Of a stretch of 64,000 bases of DNA, positions 56,242-64,000 are shown piece after piece. Position numbers and translations under genes: made by a program. The notes under the pieces were generated by a model. It did no database searches, had not been told where the DNA came from, and worked only from the letters and a program-made list of their open reading frames with translations. Source of the DNA: Roseomonas sp. (GTDB lineage Bacteria > Pseudomonadota > Alphaproteobacteria > Acetobacterales > Acetobacteraceae); NCBI GenBank assembly GCA_041914265.1, contig JAYSDS010000008.1, positions 8,283-72,282 on the forward strand, read 5' to 3'. How positions within the stretch are numbered: position 1 is the first letter of the stretch; every line of letters starts with the position of its first letter.

Positions 56242-57840
56242 TCAGGGCCGCATCTGCAATCGTGACGGCACCGGCTGGCGCAATGGATCGGCCATGCGCG
56301 CGAAGTCGCAGAGCAGCGGCCGCGTCGCGCGCGGGTCGATGATCTCCTCGACCCAGAAGGTCTCCGCCGTGCGGAAGGGGGAGCGGAGCTGGTTCAGTCG
56401 CTCCTCGATCTCGGCTAGCTTCGCCGCCTTATCCTCGGCGGCGTCGATCTCGGCGCGGTAGGCCGCCTCGATCCCGCCTTCCAGCGGCAGCGAGCCCCAG
56501 CGCGCCGACAGCCAGGCATAGCGCAGCGAGAGCCGCCCGGCCGGCTGATGCGCCGCACCCGCCACGCCGAAGGCATTGCGCACGATGATGGTGCACCAAG
56601 GCACGGTCGCCTGGTTCATCGCCGCCATGGCACGCACGCCGTGACGGATTGTCGCGCTGCGCTCGGCCTCCAGCCCCACCATGAAGCCGGGGCAGTCCAT
56701 CAGATAGACGACCGGCAGATGGAAGGTCTCGGCGAGGTCCATGAAGCGCACCGCCTTCTGGCAGGTGTCGGAGGTCCAGGAACCACCATAGAAGAAGGGA
56801 TCGCTCGCCATCAGCGCGACCGCCCGGCCATCGAGGCGCGCGAGGCCGGTGATCAGCGAGCGGCCGAACAGCCGGCCCATCTCGAAGAACGAACCCTTGT
56901 CCACCACGCTCTCGATGATCGGGCGCATCTGGTAGACGCGGCGCTTGTCGCGCGGCACCGCGTTCATCAGCTTCTCGTCGCGCCGCTCCGGATCATCCTC
57001 GCAGGGCACGACCGGCGAGACGTCGTGCACGGAGGACGGCAGGTACGACAGGAAGCGACGGGCGCAGGCGAAGGCTTCCTCCTCCGTCTCCACCGCATGG
57101 TCGACGCCGCCGGCCTTGCACTGCGTCTCCCAGCCGCCGAGTTCCTCCTTGGTCACCGGCGCGCCGAGGCGCGAGACGACCGGCGGGCCGGCGACGAACA
57201 TCGCCGACTTCTTCGTCATGACGGAAAAATGCGTCGCCGCGAGGCGCGCCGCGCCCAGCCCCGCGACGGAGCCGAGACCGAGCCCGACCACCGGCACCGC
57301 CGAGAGGTTCAGCGTGGTGTAGTTGAACAGCCCCGTGCCGCCGACGCCGCCGGGCAGGTTGGCGCGCCCCGTCGTCTCGATGGTCTTGACCGAGCCGCCG
57401 CCGCCCGAGCCTTCGATGACGCGCACGATCGGCATGCGGAATTCATTGGCCATGCGCTCGGCCATCAGTGGCTTCTCGCGGATGGTCGCATCGGCGCTGC
57501 CGCCGCGCACGGTGAAGTCGTCGCCCACCAGCACGACGCGGCGGCCATCGAGCGTCGCGCGGCCCCAAACGCAGTTGGACGGCGTCAATTCGACCAGGCG
57601 GCCCTGCTCGTCATACTGCGCCTTACCGGCGATGGCCCCGACCTCGTGGAAGGATCCGGGATCGGCGAGTTTCTCGACGCGCTCGCGAACCGTCAGGCGG
57701 CCGGCATCGTGCTGGCGCTTGACCTTGTCGGGCCCGCCCATGGCCTGGGCGAAGGCCTCGCGGCGGCGCAGCTCGTCGAGCTCGGGCTGCCACAGCGGCT
57801 CCTTCGCCGCGGGCTTCGGGGTGCCGGGATTATCGAGCAC
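56242..57840 (-). CDS. acyl-CoA carboxylase carboxyltransferase (beta) subunit
   Basis: 532 aa with a GTG start. N-terminal pattern GGPDKVKRQHDAGRLTVRERVEKLADPGSFHEVG and two crotonase-like CT halves, as in PccB/MccB. Confidence 0.9.
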   Translation of the reverse strand: MLDNPGTPKPAAKEPLWQPELDELRRREAFAQAMGGPDKVKRQHDAGRLTVRERVEKLADPGSFHEVGAIAGKAQYDEQGRLVELTPSNCVWGRATLDGRRVVLVGDDFTVRGGSADATIREKPLMAERMANEFRMPIVRVIEGSGGGGSVKTIETTGRANLPGGVGGTGLFNYTTLNLSAVPVVGLGLGSVAGLGAARLAATHFSVMTKKSAMFVAGPPVVSRLGAPVTKEELGGWETQCKAGGVDHAVETEEEAFACARRFLSYLPSSVHDVSPVVPCEDDPERRDEKLMNAVPRDKRRVYQMRPIIESVVDKGSFFEMGRLFGRSLITGLARLDGRAVALMASDPFFYGGSWTSDTCQKAVRFMDLAETFHLPVVYLMDCPGFMVGLEAERSATIRHGVRAMAAMNQATVPWCTIIVRNAFGVAGAAHQPAGRLSLRYAWLSARWGSLPLEGGIEAAYRAEIDAAEDKAAKLAEIEERLNQLRSPFRTAETFWVEEIIDPRATRPLLCDFARMADPLRQPVPSRLQMRP

Positions 57841-58369
57841 GACGCACCCCCTTCAGCGCCGCGAGCAGCGCCACGCCGATCGCGGCCTTCACCGCCGTAC
57901 CGGGGAGGAAGGGCAGCAGGCCGAGCGCGATGGCGCGTTCCGCGCCGACCAGCAGCGCGAGCCACCCCACGCCGAAGGCGAAGAGCACCGCATGCCCGGC
58001 CAGGAAGCCCGCACCCGCGCCGATCGCGCCGCGCATCCAACCGCGCGCGGCAAGCCAGCCGACCAGCGCGGCCGCCGGCACAAAGCCGATGAGGAAGCCG
58101 CCGGTCGGCCCGGCAAGCACCGCCGGTCCCGCGCGGAAGCCCGCGAAGACCGGTAGCCCGGCGAGGCCTTCGAGGAGGTAGAGCAGCACCGTCGCGGCAC
58201 CGAGGCGCGGCCCATAGGCCACGCCGACCAGCAGCACGACGAGGCTCTGCATCGTCATCGGCACGGGCTGCATCGGCACCTGGATCTGCGCCGAGGCGGC
58301 GATGGCCAGGCTTCCCCCCAGCGCGAGCAGCGCCGGTCGGACAAGGTCTGGAACACGGCTGGCGAGCAT
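57830..58369 (-). CDS. bioY: biotin transporter BioY
   Basis: ORF trimmed to ATG 58369 (GGGAGAAAA SD), 179 aa with 5-6 TM segments. Contains PVPMTMQSLVVLL and GPTGGFLIGF, typical of BioY. Its stop lies 11 nt inside the CT gene. Confidence 0.88.
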   Translation of the reverse strand: MLASRVPDLVRPALLALGGSLAIAASAQIQVPMQPVPMTMQSLVVLLVGVAYGPRLGAATVLLYLLEGLAGLPVFAGFRAGPAVLAGPTGGFLIGFVPAAALVGWLAARGWMRGAIGAGAGFLAGHAVLFAFGVGWLALLVGAERAIALGLLPFLPGTAVKAAIGVALLAALKGVRRAR

Positions 58370-58385
58370 GCGTTTTCTCCCTGGA

Positions 58386-59768
58386 TCAGGCGGCGCTGCG
58401 CGCGGCGACGCCGCGCAGGCGGAAGGCTTCGAGGAACTTCGTGTCCACGCCGCCCGCCTGCATCTCGGCGCTGCGCAGCAGATCGGCGAGGAAGGCGGCG
58501 TTGAGACGGATACCCTCCGCCCGGCAGGCATCGAGCGCGGCGGCGAGGCGGTCGAGCGCGGCCTCCCGCGTCGGCGCATGGGCGATGACCTTCGCGATCA
58601 TCGGATCGTAGAAGGGCGTCAGCGTGTCGCCCGCCTGCACGCCGGTATCGATGCGCAGGCCCGGGGCCAGCGTGGGCAGGTCGAGCGCCGCGATACGGCC
58701 CGGCGAGGGCAGGAAGTTGCGCGCCGGATCCTCGGCGCAGAGTCGCGCCTCGATGGCATGGCCGGTCAGCGTCACCTCATCCTGAGTGAGCGGCAGCGCC
58801 TCCCCGGCGGCGATGCGGAGTTGCCATTCCACCAGGTCGAGACCCGTCACCATCTCGGTCACCGGATGCTCCACCTGCAGGCGGGTGTTCATCTCGATGA
58901 ACCAGATGCTGTCCGGGCCGAGCGGGCGCGACGCATCGGCCACGAATTCGACCGTGCCGGCGCCGACATAGCCGACCTCCCGCGCCAGCGCCGTCGCGCG
59001 GCGACCGAGTTCCGCACGCAGCGCCGCATCCATCCCCGGGGCGGGGGATTCCTCCAGCAGCTTCTGGTTCCGCCGCTGCGGGGAACAGTCGCGCTCGCCA
59101 AGGTGGATGACGTTGCCGTGCGAATCCGCGAAGACCTGCACCTCGATATGCCGCGCGCTGGCGACGAGCTTCTCCAGCATCACCGCGGTATTCCCGAAGG
59201 CTGCGGCCTCGCGCTGCGCGGCGGCGAGGGCAGCGGGGAAGGCCTCGGCGGTCTCGACCTTGCGCATGCCGCGCCCGCCGCCGCCGGCGACCGCCTTGAT
59301 CATCACCGGGAAGCCGATGCGCGCCGCCTCCTCCGCGAGGCGTTCGGGCGACTGGTCCTCCCCGTCATAGCCGGGCAGCAGCGGCACGCCGGCGCGGCGC
59401 GCGACCTCCTTCGCCGCGGCCTTGCCGCCCATGGCGCGGATCGCGGCGGCCGGTGGGCCGATGAAGACGAGGCCCGCAGCGGCGCAGGCCTGCGCGAAAT
59501 CGGCATTCTCGCTGAGGAAGCCATAGCCGGGGTGCACGGCGGTCGCGCCGGCGCGCTCGGCGGCGGCGATGATCGCGGGGATGGACAGGTAGCTTTCGAG
59601 CGGTCGCGGCGGCCCGATGCGCTCGGCCGTATCGGCGGCGGCGACGTGCATCGCCTCCTCATCGGCATCCGAGAAGACGGCGACGGTCGTCACGCCGAGC
59701 CGCCGGCAGGTCGCGGCGATGCGGCAGGCGATCTCGCCGCGATTGGCGATCAGGACGGGGCCGATCAC
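58386..59768 (-). CDS. biotin carboxylase (ATP-grasp) subunit
   Basis: 460 aa with a GTG start. Contains LIANRGEIACRI, GGGGRGM and EMNTRLQVEHPVTE. Confidence 0.95.
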   Translation of the reverse strand: MIGPVLIANRGEIACRIAATCRRLGVTTVAVFSDADEEAMHVAAADTAERIGPPRPLESYLSIPAIIAAAERAGATAVHPGYGFLSENADFAQACAAAGLVFIGPPAAAIRAMGGKAAAKEVARRAGVPLLPGYDGEDQSPERLAEEAARIGFPVMIKAVAGGGGRGMRKVETAEAFPAALAAAQREAAAFGNTAVMLEKLVASARHIEVQVFADSHGNVIHLGERDCSPQRRNQKLLEESPAPGMDAALRAELGRRATALAREVGYVGAGTVEFVADASRPLGPDSIWFIEMNTRLQVEHPVTEMVTGLDLVEWQLRIAAGEALPLTQDEVTLTGHAIEARLCAEDPARNFLPSPGRIAALDLPTLAPGLRIDTGVQAGDTLTPFYDPMIAKVIAHAPTREAALDRLAAALDACRAEGIRLNAAFLADLLRSAEMQAGGVDTKFLEAFRLRGVAARSAA

Positions 59769-59769
59769 G

Positions 59770-59991
59770 TCACGCCTCGAGCGTCGCGACGGCCTGGCCT
59801 TCCTCGATCTGGTCGCCTTCGGCCACCAGCACCGTGGCGACGACGCCGTCGGCCGGGGCCATGACCGGAATTTCCATCTTCATGGATTCCAGGATGACTA
59901 GCGTGTCGCCCTCGGCCACGCGAGTCCCCGGCGGCGCTTCGATCTTCCAGACCGCGGCCGTGAGTTCGGCGACGACGGTGATCTCGGCCAT
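59770..59991 (-). CDS. stand-alone biotin carboxyl carrier domain protein (73 aa)
   Basis: ORF trimmed to ATG 59991 (GGAGGAAG SD). Biotinylation motif LESMKMEIPV. There is no N-terminal or linker region. Confidence 0.88.
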   Translation of the reverse strand: MAEITVVAELTAAVWKIEAPPGTRVAEGDTLVILESMKMEIPVMAPADGVVATVLVAEGDQIEEGQAVATLEA

Positions 59992-60014
59992 GATGCTTCC
60001 TCCAGCGCGATCAG

Positions 60015-60030
60015 ATTTGTTATCACAAAT
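60015..60030. promoter_or_regulatory. AT-rich palindrome ATTTGTTATCACAAAT in the divergent BCCP/gntR promoter region (putative GntR operator)
   Basis: Inverted repeat ATTTGT/ACAAAT. Shares the 10-mer ATCACAAATT with the site at 60786-60804. Fits the GntR/FadR-type t.GT...AC.a pattern. Confidence 0.55.
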
Positions 60031-60075
60031 TCGCCGCGCTGATCGGCTACTGTCAAGCCGGTGTCGGGAGAAGGG

Positions 60076-60768
60076 ATGCCATTGGTGGATGCGGAGCTTC
60101 AGTCGCCGGGTGCCGAACGCGTGGCCGTGCGCGTCCACCAATGGCTGCGCCAGGAGTTGATGCGCAGCCGCTTCCGCCCCGGCGAGAAGCTGAAGCTGCG
60201 CAACCTGGCCGAGGAACTCGGCGTCAGCCTGACCCCGGTGCGCGAAGCGATCGCCCGGCTGGTCAGCGAGAATGCGCTGGAGCAGCTCGACCACCGCTCG
60301 GCCCGCGTGCCGCTGTTTTCCGATGAGCGGCTGCGGGAAGTCTGCGAATTGCGCATCGAGCTGGAAGGCAAGGCCGCCGAACGCGCGGCGGAGCGCGCCA
60401 CGGCGGCCGATGCCGACCGCCTGGCCGCGATCCATGCCCGCATGTCGGAAGCCCGCCTCGCCGGCCGCGCGGCCGAGATGCTGGCCGAGAACGAGAACTT
60501 CCACATGGCGGTCTGCGCGCTGGCCGGCATGCCGGTGCTGCAGCAGATCATCGAGAATCTCTGGCTGCGCTGCGGGCCGCTGAACTTCGCCCTGCTGTCG
60601 ATGCGCTTCCTGCACCGGCCGGAGGAACACCCGCACAACGAGATCATCCGCGCGCTGCGCGCCGGGGATGGCGCGCTCGCACGGCTCGCGATGCAGCGCG
60701 ACATCGCCGTCTATGCCGATGCGATCCTGCGCCGGCTGCCGGCCATCAACGTCACCGCCAAGGGTTGA
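60076..60768 (+). CDS. GntR family transcriptional regulator (FadR/FCD subfamily)
   Basis: wHTH motif LRNLAEELGVSLTPVREAIARL followed by an all-helical FCD-like C-domain. Start is ATG 60076 (GGGAGAAGGG SD) or GTG 60061. Confidence 0.9.
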   Translation: MPLVDAELQSPGAERVAVRVHQWLRQELMRSRFRPGEKLKLRNLAEELGVSLTPVREAIARLVSENALEQLDHRSARVPLFSDERLREVCELRIELEGKAAERAAERATAADADRLAAIHARMSEARLAGRAAEMLAENENFHMAVCALAGMPVLQQIIENLWLRCGPLNFALLSMRFLHRPEEHPHNEIIRALRAGDGALARLAMQRDIAVYADAILRRLPAINVTAKG

Positions 60769-60785
60769 CAGCCGATCCTACCTGA

Positions 60786-60804
60786 AATTTAGTGATCACA
60801 AATT
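60786..60804. promoter_or_regulatory. AT-rich palindrome AATTTAGTGATCACAAATT upstream of the CoA-transferase gene (putative second GntR operator)
   Basis: Near-perfect palindrome centred on GTGATCAC, about 46 nt upstream of ATG 60850. Confidence 0.55.
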
Positions 60805-60849
60805 ACGGTCGCTGCCCCGCACGGGATGCGCCCAGGAGGATCCGTACCC

Positions 60850-63219
60850 ATGCCGCGTGCCGACGACGCGCCCCTGCCGCTTGCCCATCTGCGGGTGATG
60901 GAAGCCGGGGGCGGCGCCGCTCTGGCCTATGCCGGCAAGCTCTTCGCCGATTTCGGCGCGACCGTGGTGAAGCTGGAACCGCCCGGCGGTGACCCGATGC
61001 GCGCCGTTCCACCTTTGGTGGAAACGGGCGCCGGGCCGCAATCCGCCCTCTTCGCCTGGCTCAACACCAACAAGCGCAGCGTGACCCGCGCGCCCGATCC
61101 GGCGCAGTTCGACGTGCTGCTGGATGCCCGGCCGGCGGCCGAGCGCGGCGGCGAAGCGCCGGTGACCGCGCTGATCTCCTGGTTCGGCGACAGCGGCCCC
61201 TATGCCGGCTTCGCCGCGACCGACGTGACCAGCCGCGCGCTCGCCGGCGTGCTCGCCGGCACCGGCCCGGCCGAGGGCCCGCCCGCCATGCTCGGCGGCA
61301 TCGCGGGCGAGGCGGTGGCCGGCATCGCCACCTTCAACGCCGTGGCCGCCGCGCTGTTTTCCGGCGCGCCGCGACGGCTCGAAATCAGCATCCACGAAGC
61401 CAATGTCGCCATCGCCGAATACCAGGCGACGCAGGGGCTGACGCATCCGGAAGTGGATCGACGCCACGGCGTGAACCGCTTCGCACCCACCAGCCCGCTC
61501 GGCGTCTATCGCTGCCGGGAAGGATGGCTCGGCGTCACCATCGTGACGCCCGCGCAGTTCCGTACCTTCTGCGACATGATCGGCGCGCCGGAACTCGGCC
61601 GCGATCCGCGCTTCGTCATGGGCATCGACCGACTACGCCATGCCGATGAGCTCGAAGCGCTCTTCGCCCCGCGCCTCGCCGAACGCACCGCCGATGAATG
61701 GTTCGCCGAGGCGCTGGAACGCCGCCTGCCCTTCGCCGTGGTGCCGGACATCGCGCGGCTGCTCGCCACGCCGACGCATCGCGCCCGCGACGCCTTCGGC
61801 ACGGTACGCATCGGCGATGCCGCCTTTGAAGGCCCCACCGTGCCGCAGCGCCTGACGCGCACGCCGCCGCTCGCCGGCGGCCGCGCGCCGATGTTGGGCG
61901 AGCATGACGATACGCCCCTGCCCGCCCGCCTGCCGCCGGCAGCGCGCCGCGCCGGCGGGCTGCCGCTCGCCGGGCTGCGCGTGGTGGATCTGTCGATGGG
62001 CTGGGCCGGGCCGCTCTGCACCCGCCAGCTCGCGGACCTCGGCGCGGAGGTCGTGAAGGTCGAGGCGCTGCAATACCCCGACTGGTGGCGCGGCGTGGAC
62101 CCGCGCGACCCCTTCTTCGCCGAGCGCCAATACGAGAAGGACATCCGTTTCGGCGTGCTGAACCGCAACAAGGCGGGGATCACGCTCGACCTCTCCTCGG
62201 CTGAAGGCGCCGCGCTGCTCAAGCGCCTGGTGCGCGACGCCGATGCGGTGGTTGAGAACTATGCGCGCGAGGTGCTGCCGAAGCTCGGCCTCGACTACGC
62301 CGCGCTCGCGCAGGAACGGCCGGACCTGGTGATGGTCTCCATGCCGGCCTTCGGCGGAACCGGCCCCTGGCGCGACGCCCGCGCCTATGGCTCGACGCTC
62401 GAACATGCCTCGGGCCTGCCCAGCGTCTCGGGCGAGGCGCATTGGCCACCCACCACCAACCAGCTCGCCTATGGTGATCCGATCGGCGGGCTGAATGCGG
62501 CGGCCGCGCTGCTCGCCGCGCTGCTGCACCGGCAGCGTACCGGGGAAGGCCAGCATATCGACCTCGCCCAGGTGGAATGCATGTTCCCGCTGGTCGCGCC
62601 CTGGATCGTCGCGCAATCCGCGACCGGATCGCCCGGCCCACGCCTCGGCAACCGGCATGCGCAATTCGTGCCGCATGGCTGCTTCCCCTGCGTGGAAGCG
62701 GGCTGGATCGCCCTTGCCGTGACGGATGACGAAGCCTGGCGACGACTCTGCGGCGCCATCGGGCGCGGCGACCTCGCCGCCGATGCGTCGCTCGCGACCG
62801 CCGAGGGGCGACGCGCACGGGAAGCCGAGCTGGAGGCCGCGATCGCCGATTGGACGCGCGGCCATGACGCCGATGCCGCCATGGCCGCGCTGCAGGGCGC
62901 GGGCATCGCCGCCGGCGCGGTGCGCTGGCCGACCAGGTTGTATGACGACCCGCATCTCTGCGCGCGCGGTTTCTGGCAGCAGACGGACCGCGCCTGGCTC
63001 GGCCCGCATCGCCAGCCCTCCCCGCCGTTCCGCGAGGCGGGTGGCCCGCCCTTCCCCGTGCGGCGGCCGGCACCCACGCTGGGCGAAGACAATGCGGCCG
63101 TGCTGGGCGGGCTCGTCGGCCTCTCGCCCGCGGAACTGGCGCGGCTCGAAGCCGCGAAGGTGATCGGGACGGAGGCCATCCCGGTCTCCCAGCGCAAGGT
63201 CCGCGCCGCCGTGGGCTGA
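60850..63219 (+). CDS. double-length family III (CaiB/BaiF) CoA-transferase, tandem fusion of two domains
   Basis: ORF trimmed to ATG 60850 (AGGAGGA SD). The second half starts with the canonical LAGLRVVDLSMGWAGPLCTRQLADLGAEVVKVE and has AYGDPIGG. The first half has the degenerate LAHLRVMEAGGGAALAYAGKLFADFGATVVKLE and IAGEAVAG. Confidence 0.85.
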   Translation: MPRADDAPLPLAHLRVMEAGGGAALAYAGKLFADFGATVVKLEPPGGDPMRAVPPLVETGAGPQSALFAWLNTNKRSVTRAPDPAQFDVLLDARPAAERGGEAPVTALISWFGDSGPYAGFAATDVTSRALAGVLAGTGPAEGPPAMLGGIAGEAVAGIATFNAVAAALFSGAPRRLEISIHEANVAIAEYQATQGLTHPEVDRRHGVNRFAPTSPLGVYRCREGWLGVTIVTPAQFRTFCDMIGAPELGRDPRFVMGIDRLRHADELEALFAPRLAERTADEWFAEALERRLPFAVVPDIARLLATPTHRARDAFGTVRIGDAAFEGPTVPQRLTRTPPLAGGRAPMLGEHDDTPLPARLPPAARRAGGLPLAGLRVVDLSMGWAGPLCTRQLADLGAEVVKVEALQYPDWWRGVDPRDPFFAERQYEKDIRFGVLNRNKAGITLDLSSAEGAALLKRLVRDADAVVENYAREVLPKLGLDYAALAQERPDLVMVSMPAFGGTGPWRDARAYGSTLEHASGLPSVSGEAHWPPTTNQLAYGDPIGGLNAAAALLAALLHRQRTGEGQHIDLAQVECMFPLVAPWIVAQSATGSPGPRLGNRHAQFVPHGCFPCVEAGWIALAVTDDEAWRRLCGAIGRGDLAADASLATAEGRRAREAELEAAIADWTRGHDADAAMAALQGAGIAAGAVRWPTRLYDDPHLCARGFWQQTDRAWLGPHRQPSPPFREAGGPPFPVRRPAPTLGEDNAAVLGGLVGLSPAELARLEAAKVIGTEAIPVSQRKVRAAVG

Positions 63220-63253
63220 CGCCGCCGCGGCGGCAACGGGAGGAGAAGCAAGA

Positions 63254-64000
63254 ATGACCATCCGCATCCGCCGCCGTTCGCTGGCGGCCGGCCTCGCTGT
63301 CCTGCCAAGCGCTGCGCTGGCGCAGGACCTGCCTTGGCCGACCAGGCCGCTGCGCATCGTCTACCCCTTCGCGCCGGGTGGCGGCGACTTCCTCGCCCGC
63401 GCCATCGCCGAAAAGCTGCGCGAGGCGATCGGCCAGAGCGTGGTGGTCGAGAACCGTCCCGGCGCCAACACCATGATCGCGGCCGAGCATGTCGCCCGCT
63501 CCGACAAGGATGGCTACACCATCGGCTGGGTCGCCACCTCGACGCTGGTGATGAATCCGAACCTCTATCCGAACGTGCCCTATCGGCTGGAGGATTTCGG
63601 CACGCTGCGCATGGCCTATCGTGCGCCGGTCGCCTTCGCCGTCAGCGCGCAGCTCCCAATCCGCACCGTGCAGGAAGCGATCGCGCATATGCGCGCGAAG
63701 CCTGGTGAGGGCGTGGGCAGCGTCGGCAATGGAAGCTCCCCGCACGTCTTCCTCGAGATGATGGCCGGGCTGACGGGCGTGAATATCGAGAGCGTCGCCT
63801 ATCGCGGCGAATCACCCATCGTCTCGGACCTGATGACCGGGCGCGTGCCGTTCTATGCCGGCTCGACCAACTCCCTGCTGCCGCATCTGCCGGGTGGACG
63901 GTTCCGCATCCTCGCCGTCTCCTCGCCCGATCGCCTGCCGGTGCTGCCCGAGGTGCCGACCTTCCGCGAGACGGTGAACCCCGAGCTGGTGATGCGCTAC
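63254..64000 (+). CDS. Bug/TctC family substrate-binding protein (3' end beyond the window)
   Basis: Not in the ORF track (no stop). ATG 63254 follows GGGAGGAGAAG. Sequence MTIRIRRRSLAAGLAVLPSAALAQDLPWPTRPLRIVYPFAPGGGDF..., open to position 64000. Confidence 0.85.
   Translation, partial: MTIRIRRRSLAAGLAVLPSAALAQDLPWPTRPLRIVYPFAPGGGDFLARAIAEKLREAIGQSVVVENRPGANTMIAAEHVARSDKDGYTIGWVATSTLVMNPNLYPNVPYRLEDFGTLRMAYRAPVAFAVSAQLPIRTVQEAIAHMRAKPGEGVGSVGNGSSPHVFLEMMAGLTGVNIESVAYRGESPIVSDLMTGRVPFYAGSTNSLLPHLPGGRFRILAVSSPDRLPVLPEVPTFRETVNPELVMRY

Overview
This is a densely coding, high-GC (about 68-70% by eye) proteobacterial chromosomal segment. I call about 66 protein genes. I recognised no rRNA, tRNA, CRISPR array, transposase, integrase, or any hallmark of a phage, defence, toxin-antitoxin or restriction-modification system. 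All calls come from reading the supplied ORF translations, hand translation and motif memory. No BLAST or HMM search was run.

Gene content, left to right:
- (1) A partial KorA-like 2-oxoacid:ferredoxin oxidoreductase (missing from the ORF track because it runs off the window) with a GltD-like Fe-S flavoprotein.
- (2) A 10.4-kb co-directional minus-strand array: DUF1028, class V aminotransferase, Zn-ADH, ureDABCEFG, a 3-hydroxyacyl-CoA dehydrogenase and pcaHG.
- (3) An orphan family-5 solute-binding protein translationally coupled to an unknown 250-aa protein.
- (4) A PotABCD-type ABC importer operon carrying an amidinotransferase-fold enzyme, a class II aldolase and a 2-hydroxyacid dehydrogenase. 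It is divergent from an FAD oxidoreductase, an amidohydrolase and a GlcG-like gene.
- (5) A pentapeptide-repeat membrane protein, a hotdog thioesterase, an RraA-family protein and two GT4 glycosyltransferases (one fused to TPR repeats).
- (6) Two TRAP transporters flanking two SDRs and an acyl-CoA synthetase.
- (7) A RibD_C/DHFR-like protein, a Bug/TctC binding protein and a 1-Cys peroxiredoxin.
- (8) 2-oxoacid dehydrogenase E1 alpha/beta genes divergent from an internally duplicated unknown protein and an ALS-like ThDP enzyme.
- (9) A lipoprotein, ribokinase, TrxC and an orphan CoxL-form-II-like molybdoenzyme subunit.
- (10) A BCCP, biotin carboxylase, BioY, carboxyltransferase, Bug, Bug operon. 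It is divergent from a GntR regulator, a double-length family III CoA-transferase and another Bug protein.

Most notable observations:
- A 107-nt MITE-like element occurs in three copies, and its TAGAGC termini supply the TAG stop codons of four flanking genes.
- A second hairpin-repeat family occurs in two copies. Both families show compensatory stem changes.
- UreA carries a 60-aa Lys/Ala/Pro-rich tail.
- ureF starts 104 nt inside the His-tail coding region of ureE.
- The split biotin carboxylase locus has an embedded bioY and two AT-rich palindromic operators.
- An unannotatable tandem-duplicated protein is translationally coupled to a ThDP enzyme.
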